In this document: positions 7,875 through 15,449 of the stretch, piece after piece
Layout of the letters: every line of letters starts with the position of its first letter
Numbering within the stretch: the stretch's first letter is position 1
Translations under genes and position numbers: made by a program
From: Candidatus Saccharimonadota bacterium
GTDB taxonomy: Archaea; Nanohalarchaeota; Nanosalinia; Nanosalinales; Nanosalinaceae
Length of the DNA stretch: 32,000 nucleotides
Direction of reading: 5' to 3'
NCBI GenBank assembly: GCA_001761425.1
Contig: CP012986.1
Location: 990,001 to 1,022,000, forward strand
The notes under the pieces: generated by a model
The model's database searches: none
Seen by the model: only the letters and a program-made list of their open reading frames with translations
What the model was told of the DNA's origin: nothing

Positions 7875-7983
7875 TATTATCTGCCTTAGAATGGACTACT
7901 TACTGCAATGATAGGTTTTTCTTTCACTTAAGTTTTCGGTAGGCCTTAAAAGTGGCTTTTTCCAAAAATGGTGGAGAGGGGTT

Positions 7984-8397
7984 ATGGCGAGTGCTGATGA
8001 GATTCTGGATGTTTCTGAAAGCGAGTTGAAATCTGAGGATCTTTCCGGTGAGGACTGGTCCAGGCTTGCTTCAAGGCCTTCCAGTGGTAGGGATTATCGG
8101 ACTTATGGGATCGGTGGTATCGATGGTTCCGGTACTCTGAGATTGGAGGAGGCGCCTGAAGGCCTTGTCTGGGATTTTATCGTGGTGTATGAGTTCGGTT
8201 TCGCAGGTGAGGAGGAGCCTGTTTCCAGTTTGCTGGATGAGGATCCTGATGTTCATACGATTGATCTGCCGTATAACGTGTTTGATGACGTGGAGGAAGC
8301 TGAGAGTTACATGGATTTCGTGGTGGATTACGGCGTGGAAAATGTTCTGGATGAGTACGGTGTGAGGTCTGCGAAGTCCCGTTCCTGTAATCTTTAG
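7984..8397 (+). CDS. hypothetical highly acidic protein
   Basis: 137-aa D/E-rich ORF. GGAG lies upstream of the ATG. Confidence 0.45.
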   Translation: MASADEILDVSESELKSEDLSGEDWSRLASRPSSGRDYRTYGIGGIDGSGTLRLEEAPEGLVWDFIVVYEFGFAGEEEPVSSLLDEDPDVHTIDLPYNVFDDVEEAESYMDFVVDYGVENVLDEYGVRSAKSRSCNL

Positions 8398-8443
8398 GTC
8401 CTGGACGTTAGAGTATTAACTTTCTTTCTGCATTTTTCTTTTC

Positions 8444-9190
8444 GTGGAACGGTACTGGGAGCTGGATTCTCTGAGAGGCCTTTCAGTCGTACTGATGATA
8501 CTGTTTAACTGGTCTTATGCCCTGAAATTCTTGAAAATCTATCATCTGTTCCCTGGAACCAGTTTCCTGTACTGGAACATTTTTCCACTGTTTGTAGCCG
8601 GTTCTTTCATGTTCATCGCCGGCATCTCGCTCTCCCTCAGCTGGAACAGGTTCAGGGACGAAGCTTCGAGAAAAGATAAATGGAGGAAGTACGGATTAAG
8701 AGGCCTGAAGATTTTCGGCCTGGGCCTTGGCATTACTGCGGTTACATGGCTAACTTTTCCAGACAGTTTCATATTCTTCGGCATACTGCATCTTTTAGGC
8801 CTTTCGATAGCGTTAAGTCCCCTGGTTATCGGAGATAGCAGGAAGACCTTTGCCTTATCAGTTTTCGTCGTCTTTCTATTTATTCTTCCTGAACTTGAAG
8901 CATCTTCTGTATTTCTTGCTTCTCTGGGTTTTTCCAGCTTGTCTTTCAGTACTTTTGATTACTTTCCTCTGGTTCCGTGGTCTGCTGTTGTCTTTACAGG
9001 TATCTCTCTGGGGCACTGGCTTTATCCGGACGGTAGGAGAAGGTTCGAGGTCGGAAGGCCTGACTTAGAGATTTCTGGTAGGCCTCTGGATTTGCTGGAG
9101 TTGCTGGGGAGGAATTCTCTTTTTATCTATCTTCTGCATCAGCCTGTGCTTGTCCTGTTCCTGGTTTTACTGGGTTATCCTGTCTTCTAG
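8444..9190 (+). CDS. multi-pass membrane protein, DUF1624/acyltransferase-like
   Basis: GTG start. The N-terminus WELDSLRGLSVVLMILFN resembles the R-x-x-x-D-x-x-RG motif of DUF1624/acyltransferase families. About 7 hydrophobic segments. Confidence 0.5.
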   Translation: MERYWELDSLRGLSVVLMILFNWSYALKFLKIYHLFPGTSFLYWNIFPLFVAGSFMFIAGISLSLSWNRFRDEASRKDKWRKYGLRGLKIFGLGLGITAVTWLTFPDSFIFFGILHLLGLSIALSPLVIGDSRKTFALSVFVVFLFILPELEASSVFLASLGFSSLSFSTFDYFPLVPWSAVVFTGISLGHWLYPDGRRRFEVGRPDLEISGRPLDLLELLGRNSLFIYLLHQPVLVLFLVLLGYPVF

Positions 9191-9214
9191 TTTTGGACAT
9201 GTGACCGGGTATGG

Positions 9215-9730
9215 ATGGAAGGTTTAATCTTTGAGCTGTCGTTTTTCTGTATGGAAGCTGTAACTGTTCTAGCTCTGGCATTTCTGGCGGTCGGTGTGAT
9301 AGGTTCTTTTCTGCCGATGATGCCTGGAGCACTGGTCTCGCTGATAGGCCTCAGTATTTACTGGTGGAGTACCGGTTTTACAAGACCTCACGTCTTTATC
9401 GTTGTTTTACTGTATCTGACTGGTTTCACAGCTTTAATGTTTGACTGGTTCGCAGGTGCTCTAGGTTCGAAGGCTGGAGGTGCTTCAAAAAGTACTGTTC
9501 ATGCTGCAGCGGTTGCTGGAATACTTTTTTTCTTCGTAGGAGGGCCTGTAGGTACGATCATCGGTATAGGCCTTGTTGTATACCTGCGGGAGTATCTTCT
9601 GACTGAGGACTCGGACAGGAGTTTGAAGGCTGCGGTCTATACCACCGCTTCGATGCTGGGATCTACGGTTGTCCAGGGAGCTTTGACAGGCCTTATGCTG
9701 GTGACTTTGCTTTTAACCATGCTGATCTAG
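9215..9730 (+). CDS. membrane protein, DUF456-like
   Basis: Four hydrophobic segments and LPMMPGALVSLIG. Family recalled from memory. The start could instead be the Met at 9251. Confidence 0.45.
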   Translation: MEGLIFELSFFCMEAVTVLALAFLAVGVIGSFLPMMPGALVSLIGLSIYWWSTGFTRPHVFIVVLLYLTGFTALMFDWFAGALGSKAGGASKSTVHAAAVAGILFFFVGGPVGTIIGIGLVVYLREYLLTEDSDRSLKAAVYTTASMLGSTVVQGALTGLMLVTLLLTMLI

Positions 9731-9765
9731 GAAAAAGTGAAAAGACCTGAGACAAGATTTTTCCT

Positions 9766-10233
9766 ATGAGTGAATGGACTGAGGCGACATTGACCTACCT
9801 GGTCGATGATGGAGAGGTACTTTTGATCGAGAAGAAACGGGGTCACGGCGCAGGCAATTTCAACGGACCTGGCGGAAAGCTCGAAGGAGAAGAGACACCT
9901 AGAGAAGCAGCAAAGAGAGAATTTCGTGAAGAGACAAAAGTACAGGTTGAAGGCCTTGAGAAGGTCGCTGAGCTAAAGTTTTTCTTTGGAGGAGACCCTG
10001 ACCAGCACGTCCATGTCTTCAAGACAGAAAAATATCGGGGATCTGCGGAGGAGACTGAGGAAGCAAGGCCTGAATGGTTTTCTGTCGAGGAGATGCCGTA
10101 TGATGACATGTGGCCGGACGATGAGGTCTGGATGCCGAAAGTGTTCGACGGGCAGCGTTTTGAGGCCGTTTTCAGGTTCAGTGAGGACGGAAGCGAGGTA
10201 AAAAGTTATGAGTTCTCCGAGCCAGGTTTCTGA
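9766..10233 (+). CDS. NUDIX hydrolase (MutT-like)
   Basis: Nudix box GGKLEGEETPREAAKREFREETKV fits GX5EX7REUXEEXGU. Confidence 0.8.
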   Translation: MSEWTEATLTYLVDDGEVLLIEKKRGHGAGNFNGPGGKLEGEETPREAAKREFREETKVQVEGLEKVAELKFFFGGDPDQHVHVFKTEKYRGSAEETEEARPEWFSVEEMPYDDMWPDDEVWMPKVFDGQRFEAVFRFSEDGSEVKSYEFSEPGF

Positions 10234-10281
10234 GCTGTAGGCCTCCAGTTTAAAATTCTTCGTGACGATTTTTCTACCTGT

Positions 10282-11013
10282 ATGGGTTCTATCATCGCGG
10301 TCGGCGGAGGAAGCATTGATTCAGGTGAGACACTGTCGATAGACCAGAGAATAGTCGAACAGGCAGGGAAAGAAAATCCCAGGGCCTTATTCATTCCGAC
10401 AGCGAGTGAAGACTCCGAAGGATATATAGAGGCCTTTCATGAAACCTATGGCGACAGATTAGGCTGTGAGACCGAAGCATTGAAGCTTACAAAGAAAAAA
10501 CATACTGAAGAAGAGATAGAGGAAAAAATCAATTCCTCCGATCTGATCTACGTTGGAGGAGGAAACACTCGTGAAATGATCGAGACCTGGAAGGAGAAAG
10601 AAGTCGATAAATACCTGAAAAAGGCCTATGAAAACGGGAGTGTGATGTCAGGGCTTTCAGCGGGCGCGATCTGCTGGTTCGAGTACGGACACAGCGACTC
10701 CGAAAGCTACGAGCAGGACGGCGAATGGAGCTTCATACAGGTTGAAGGCCTCAACTTTGTTGGAAACGTTCTTTTCTGCCCTCACTACCATCAGGAAAAC
10801 AGGGAGGCCTCCTTCGAGAAGATGATGAGAAATAACCCTGATCTGACGGGTCTGGCGGTCGATAACAACGCTGCTGTAAAAGTTGAGGAGAAAGAGCTGA
10901 AAGTTCTGAAATCCAGGGACGATGCAAAGGCCTACATCGCCGAGATAACTGAAGGAGATTTCAAACTGCGTGAACTGTCAGAGGGAGAAAAATATCCTAC
11001 AAAAGAACTTTAA
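10282..11013 (+). CDS. peptidase S51 family (dipeptidase E-like)
   Basis: IYVGGGNT, then SGLSAGAICW (nucleophile Ser context), then CPHY. This pattern is typical of S51. Confidence 0.7.
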   Translation: MGSIIAVGGGSIDSGETLSIDQRIVEQAGKENPRALFIPTASEDSEGYIEAFHETYGDRLGCETEALKLTKKKHTEEEIEEKINSSDLIYVGGGNTREMIETWKEKEVDKYLKKAYENGSVMSGLSAGAICWFEYGHSDSESYEQDGEWSFIQVEGLNFVGNVLFCPHYHQENREASFEKMMRNNPDLTGLAVDNNAAVKVEEKELKVLKSRDDAKAYIAEITEGDFKLRELSEGEKYPTKEL

Positions 11014-13142
11014 ACCATATTTCCAGGGAAATCACGTATTACTGTCTCATATTCTCCGCCTTCACCTGCTGAATTGAACCTGTACTCCTCAGCAAGCTCG
11101 AGGAACTCGTCGATATTCTGTTCATCCAGAACTGTTCCTTCCCAGCGTTCTTCGAGGCCTCTCGCCGCGACACTCGTGATCTCAACTTCGAAGCCTTCTC
11201 TTATCAGCCACCGCATGTACCTTGGCTGGTCCTCCTGCCAAAGCGGTGTGAAAACCTTCAGGCCTACCTGTTCGGCTACTTTATCGATCCTGTCCCTCTG
11301 GTAGGTTGAGGCAAGCGCCCCAGCGACTACTCCTTCCGCGTCAAACTTTTCTTTCGCGGTTTCAAGGCCCTGTCTGAGGTCTTCAAGTTCCTTTTCTTTT
11401 TCTCCGTCTGTTTTCTGTATTACCAGCGGTAAATCAAGTTTTGAGGCCTGATTTTCGATAACTGAGTCTTCTTTCTTCGAGTCAAACATGTAGCTGTCTT
11501 TGTTTTCCGAGCGCAGGGTCAGAAGACAGGATATCTCGTTGTTTCTTCTCTCTATCCTGTATATAGCTGCGTTCGAGTCCTTCCCTCCAGAAGTGAGGGC
11601 TACAATCCTGTTGTTCGGCTTCTTTCTGAGGGAAAGGCCTTCCGCCTTTTTTTCTGGTTCTGATTTTTTGAGCGATGAAACTTTTCCAGAGTTTCTGGAG
11701 TCAGTGGAAATCTCTGATTTTCGTAGCGAGTTAAGATACTGCTGTTTGTGTTCGAATTCTTTATCTCTTGAAAGCCTGTCTATGGCTTTGTCGAAGTTAC
11801 TGCCGTACTGTGCAGCAGTTTTACCTCTCCAGGCGACTTTTTCAGGTACACCGAGCTTTTCAGCTGTCTTTCTAAGAACATACTTCCTGTAATCATCTTT
11901 TACCTTGTAATCTTCCGGTATAGTCAGTGCATGTCTGATCAAATCATGGTCAAGGAACGGAAGCCTGATTTCCCTGCCGTTTCTAAAGCTGACAACGTTG
12001 TCACGGTACAGATCGTTTTCAAACAGTGAGCGAAGGCCTGAAAGACATTCTTTGTTGAGATAACCTTGCTGTCTGTAGTATCCTGCGTAGAGCTGTTCGG
12101 AACCAAGGCCTGACATGATGACCTGCTGTGAATCCCTGGAATTTTTCAGTGCCATATGGAAGGGCAGGGCTACACCGTTTTTCACGACGCTGGTCGAAGA
12201 GATCCAGTCCACGAGCATTGGCAGGGTCTCTTCGACTTCTTCAAGGTCGGCTTCGTAGGCCTCTAGCTCTATACCCATTTCTTCGGCGATTTCACCTGCC
12301 CAGTCCATGTCTCTCGGTGTATTTACGTTGCCGTGCTGGATGCCTGCGGTGTAGGCCGTGAAATCTTTACCTAGTTCCTGTAAAGTCGCAGCGATAAGCG
12401 TGGAGTCAAGTCCTCCGGAGAAAAGGAGGCCTAGATCGCCTTCAGGTACTCTTTTCTCTACTGCGTCCATGAATTTTTCTTTTATCTCTTCAGAGGCCTG
12501 TTCTATATTTTTCTCCTGATCTACGTCTATTTCGAAGAATTCTCTGTGTTCAAACTTTTTTTCTCCTGTTTCAGTGTTGTATCTGAGTATCTGTCTTGGA
12601 TGCAGTTCCCGGCATTCAAGGCCTTCTTTCTCCATTGCCTGTTTCTCCGATGCGAAGGCAAAGTTTTCTTCTTCCTCCGTGTACCAGATCGGGTTTACTC
12701 CAAGGATGTCTCTTGCTAAAATTATTTCGTTGTCTTTGATGTATGCGAATGCATAGATTCCGTCGATTTCTTCGAGGCCTTCAAGGCCTTTTTTCTCCAG
12801 TATTTTGAGAAGTGTTTCTGCGTCATTTTCTGTTTTCCAGCCGTGTTTTTTGTTCAGTTCTTTCCAGTTGTATATTTCGCAGTTTGCGGTGAGAAGGCCT
12901 TTTTCTTTGATCGGTTGTTGGAGTTCTCCGATTACTGAGTGGAGGTAATGGCCTATGGCGAAGTTTTCTGTCGTTGAGATTTTGCAGGAGCTTCCTCTGT
13001 GGCTTAGATGATTGTTCAGGGCCTTTGCTGTTTCGGTGTTTTCTGCTCCTGTTATTCCGCACATGTTAATGTCTGGGTATGTGAAGACTTTTGAGTCTCC
13101 AAAAAACTGGCTGGAGGAGGAAGTGTTTGTTACTGGATTCAC
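11010..13142 (-). CDS. fusion protein: glutamine-dependent asparagine synthase-like (GATase II + PP-loop) plus a C-terminal Dph6/DUF71-like PP-loop ATPase
   Basis: - MCGITG lies at residues 27-32, so the likely true start is ATG at 13064; 13142 is GTG.
- LLFSGGLDST is the AsnB PP-loop.
- A basic linker follows.
- IVALTSGGKDSN...PLWQ...GEGGEYETVIRDFP is typical of the diphthine-ammonia ligase/MJ0570 family. Confidence 0.75.
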   Translation of the reverse strand: MNPVTNTSSSSQFFGDSKVFTYPDINMCGITGAENTETAKALNNHLSHRGSSCKISTTENFAIGHYLHSVIGELQQPIKEKGLLTANCEIYNWKELNKKHGWKTENDAETLLKILEKKGLEGLEEIDGIYAFAYIKDNEIILARDILGVNPIWYTEEEENFAFASEKQAMEKEGLECRELHPRQILRYNTETGEKKFEHREFFEIDVDQEKNIEQASEEIKEKFMDAVEKRVPEGDLGLLFSGGLDSTLIAATLQELGKDFTAYTAGIQHGNVNTPRDMDWAGEIAEEMGIELEAYEADLEEVEETLPMLVDWISSTSVVKNGVALPFHMALKNSRDSQQVIMSGLGSEQLYAGYYRQQGYLNKECLSGLRSLFENDLYRDNVVSFRNGREIRLPFLDHDLIRHALTIPEDYKVKDDYRKYVLRKTAEKLGVPEKVAWRGKTAAQYGSNFDKAIDRLSRDKEFEHKQQYLNSLRKSEISTDSRNSGKVSSLKKSEPEKKAEGLSLRKKPNNRIVALTSGGKDSNAAIYRIERRNNEISCLLTLRSENKDSYMFDSKKEDSVIENQASKLDLPLVIQKTDGEKEKELEDLRQGLETAKEKFDAEGVVAGALASTYQRDRIDKVAEQVGLKVFTPLWQEDQPRYMRWLIREGFEVEITSVAARGLEERWEGTVLDEQNIDEFLELAEEYRFNSAGEGGEYETVIRDFPGNMV

Positions 13143-13169
13143 CGGGACTTCTGAAAGCTTTTCTGCTAG

Positions 13170-13177
13170 TTTTTATA
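13170..13177. promoter_or_regulatory. TATA-like TTTTTATA between divergent genes
   Basis: Centred about 27 nt from ATG 13200 and about 31 nt from GTG 13142 on the opposite strand. Confidence 0.3.
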
Positions 13178-13199
13178 CTTTGAAGTGTAGGGTATCTGT

Positions 13200-13574
13200 A
13201 TGAGTCGGAGGCTGACAGCAATTCATTCAAAGGCCCTTGAAGGAGTTGAGGTCTCCGAATTTGATTTTGGAGAAGGCCCGGCAGGCCTGAGAGCTTCATG
13301 GGAGACCAAGGCCTCTCTTGAAGACGTTGTAGATGCTGTGAACGACGACAGGGTTTTTCCCAGTTACAGGCTCGAGGAGGTTAGAGAAGGAACAGCTGAG
13401 CAGGTCGGAGTGTACCATGGAGACGGTTTCACGGATTATACGTTTAATTCCAGCGATTATCATATCCAGTTCCGGGAAAAAGATCTGGACTGGAAAGGTA
13501 GCGAAGTTGATTTCCTTCAGATTGGAGAACAGAGCTATGAGGAAGAGATCTCTGCGTACTACTCGAGGCTTTAA
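13200..13574 (+). CDS. hypothetical acidic protein
   Basis: 124-aa ORF with an ATG about 27 nt downstream of the TATA-like element. No family recognised. Confidence 0.45.
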   Translation: MSRRLTAIHSKALEGVEVSEFDFGEGPAGLRASWETKASLEDVVDAVNDDRVFPSYRLEEVREGTAEQVGVYHGDGFTDYTFNSSDYHIQFREKDLDWKGSEVDFLQIGEQSYEEEISAYYSRL

Positions 13575-14353
13575 TCAGTGCTGTAATCAGGGCCGAAGTC
13601 CTGAAGGCCTTTCTGCGAATTGTCTATTGCCTCGTATGAAGCTATAACATCTTCCATGTCGACTTCGACGAATTCGAGGCCTCTTTCTTCCAGGTAATTG
13701 AGTACTTTGTCCGTCATCTTCGGTGCGACCAGGATTCCACGTATGTTGCCGGAGAATTCCTCTTCGATCTCATCGACGTATCTCTGGAGCTGTAAAACTG
13801 TATTGTAGTCCGGGTTGCGTTTGACTTCGATGACGACGTAGTTTTCGTTTTCATCTCTTGCGAAGACGTCGATGAAGCCGGCCGGTGTTTCTTTTTCACG
13901 TTCCACGACTTTAAGGCATTCTTCAACTATATCAGGATCTTCCTCTATTGATTCATGGATGTCTACTTCATGGCCTCTGATCTTCAGATCTGATTTATCG
14001 ACCAACTGGTCTACTGTGAGGAGGTCTATTTCCTTGAAGCGGATCTCCACAACTTCATCCGGGTTCGTGCGTTTGGCTTTAAGCACTAGCTCTTCCTCGT
14101 CAGATTTGACTGTGTAAGAGTCTACTTCTGGCTGCCAGTTTTTCGGCTGGTAGTTATCAGGCCCGTGAACCAGGATCGCAGAATCCTGCTTCTTTATAAC
14201 CAGTCTTTCACCTTTATCCAGCTTCGATTTAGCCCTTCCCTGGTAATTTACCATACAGAGTCCGTTGACCTGTATCGTGAACTCACGTTTCAGGTATTCA
14301 TGGAGAACCTCCTCTGCTTCGTCGAAATCCGGGTTTTCGAGAATCTTTTTCAT
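13571..14353 (-). CDS. nucS: endonuclease NucS (EndoMS), mismatch-specific PD-(D/E)xK nuclease
   Basis: 260 aa. C-terminal domain GFIDVFARDENENYVVIEVKRNPDYNTVLQLQRY. PIP-like QKGLQDF near the C-terminus. The domain layout matches the NucS family. Confidence 0.8.
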   Translation of the reverse strand: MKKILENPDFDEAEEVLHEYLKREFTIQVNGLCMVNYQGRAKSKLDKGERLVIKKQDSAILVHGPDNYQPKNWQPEVDSYTVKSDEEELVLKAKRTNPDEVVEIRFKEIDLLTVDQLVDKSDLKIRGHEVDIHESIEEDPDIVEECLKVVEREKETPAGFIDVFARDENENYVVIEVKRNPDYNTVLQLQRYVDEIEEEFSGNIRGILVAPKMTDKVLNYLEERGLEFVEVDMEDVIASYEAIDNSQKGLQDFGPDYSTD

Positions 14354-14378
14354 ACCTCAGATGTTAGGCCCTAAGTTC

Positions 14379-14384
14379 TTTAAA
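14379..14384. promoter_or_regulatory. palindromic TATA element TTTAAA shared by divergent nucS and radC
   Basis: Its centre at 14381.5 is 28.5 nt from the nucS start (14353) and 27.5 nt from GTG 14409. Confidence 0.35.
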
Positions 14385-14408
14385 TCAGAGATAAACCATT
14401 TGCCAAAC

Positions 14409-15074
14409 GTGGATTATACTATCCAGGAACTGCCGGAGGAGGAAAGGCCTCGCGAGAAACTGGAGGCCTTGGGAGCTGAAGATATGACGTCTGTGGAGCT
14501 TCTATCTATTATTTTACGTACCGGAACCCAAGGGAAGAACGTCAAAGAGCTTTCATCTGAGATCCTGAACGAGCATTCTATCAGCGAGTTAGGGAATCAG
14601 GGCCTTGAATCTCTTAAGGACTTCGAGGGTATCTCACGGGTTAAGGCTGGCCAGCTGAAGGCCTTGGGCGAGCTTTCGCGTAGAGCTGAGAGAGCTGAGC
14701 GAGAAACTATTGAGAACCTGTCAGATGTCCGTGCTGAGGTCGGTGATATGAAGTTTCTTGATTCAGAAATTTTACGGATCTTTTACCTGAACTCAGGGAA
14801 TGAAGTTGTCGGCGAGGAGGAGTTTGACGGCAGTGTTTCAGATGTAGGCCTGGATGTTCAACAGATCTTTCGCTCGGCTATTGAGTGTAAGGCCTCTGCT
14901 GTGATCCTGGCGCATAATCATCCTTCCGGTGAAAGCATGGCTACGAAACAGGATTTGAGGACGACGGAGGAAGTGATTGAGGCCGGTGAGAATCTGGGTA
15001 TTGATGTTCTGGATCATGTGGTTGTAGGTGAGGAAATGTCCAGTTTGAGGGAAGAGTCAGGCCTTTGGAACTAG
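14409..15074 (+). CDS. radC: RadC-like JAB/MPN domain protein
   Basis: ELPEEERPREKL, then ELLSIILRTGTQGKNV, then the JAMM motif LAHNHPSGE...DHVVVG. The GTG 14409 start gives the canonical RadC N-terminus. ATG 14361 is an alternative. The 14265 extension overlaps nucS. Confidence 0.8.
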   Translation: MDYTIQELPEEERPREKLEALGAEDMTSVELLSIILRTGTQGKNVKELSSEILNEHSISELGNQGLESLKDFEGISRVKAGQLKALGELSRRAERAERETIENLSDVRAEVGDMKFLDSEILRIFYLNSGNEVVGEEEFDGSVSDVGLDVQQIFRSAIECKASAVILAHNHPSGESMATKQDLRTTEEVIEAGENLGIDVLDHVVVGEEMSSLREESGLWN

Positions 15075-15187
15075 GTTTTGCTTTTTTAATATGTTTCGGA
15101 TTCTGAGGCGACCGTATTTAAAGCTTACTAGTTGTCCTCTTATTGTATCTATACGTGTTCTACCCGCGAGAGGTAATGTGATAATCA

Positions 15188-15424
15188 ATGGCTATGGATG
15201 TACGAGACCACAGGGCTGTTCCAGAACATAGAAAAATGGATGAAGAAGAAGTTGAAGACCTTCTCGAGAAGTTTGATGCCGGGAAGGATGATCTTCCGAA
15301 GATTGAGCGGACTGATGCTGCTTTGAAGCAGATGGACGCTGAGGAAGGTGATGTCATCGAGATTGTTCGTGACAGTCCTACGGCGGGTAAAACCAATTAT
15401 TATCGTGTCGTTGTTGACAAGTAG
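15188..15424 (+). CDS. rpoH: DNA-directed RNA polymerase subunit H (Rpo5)
   Basis: HRAVPEHRKM, then LPKIERTD, then GDVIEIVRDSPTAGKTNYYRVV. First gene of the rpo operon. Confidence 0.85.
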   Translation: MAMDVRDHRAVPEHRKMDEEEVEDLLEKFDAGKDDLPKIERTDAALKQMDAEEGDVIEIVRDSPTAGKTNYYRVVVDK

Positions 15425-15449
15425 ATTTTGAGTAGGTGTCATACTAATA

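Larger units (their letters stand above)
3925..7940. other. putative horizontally acquired genomic island next to tRNA-Lys
   Basis: The island starts at the tRNA 3' end. Sampled 60-nt lines inside it are 33-35% GC, against 45-50% in core genes. Only 4 AGGCCT copies occur between 3595 and 7940, compared with one per 150-300 bp in the flanks. No integrase or flanking direct repeat was found. Confidence 0.5.

Noticed and set aside
7875-7983. Search for a direct repeat of the tRNA-Lys 3' end (att site) at the right island boundary
   Set aside because: I found no copy of the tRNA 3' segment (GGGTTCAAATCCCGTCTGGCCCA) or its 5' segment here by eye. The right boundary is set only by composition and by the return of AGGCCT at 7941, so it is approximate.
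14265-14408. N-terminal extension of the RadC ORF in the track (start 14265)
   Set aside because: The extension overlaps the nucS coding region on the opposite strand and encodes a Ser/Arg-rich non-acidic peptide. RadC homologues begin near the ELPxxERPRE motif, which fits GTG 14409 (or at most ATG 14361).
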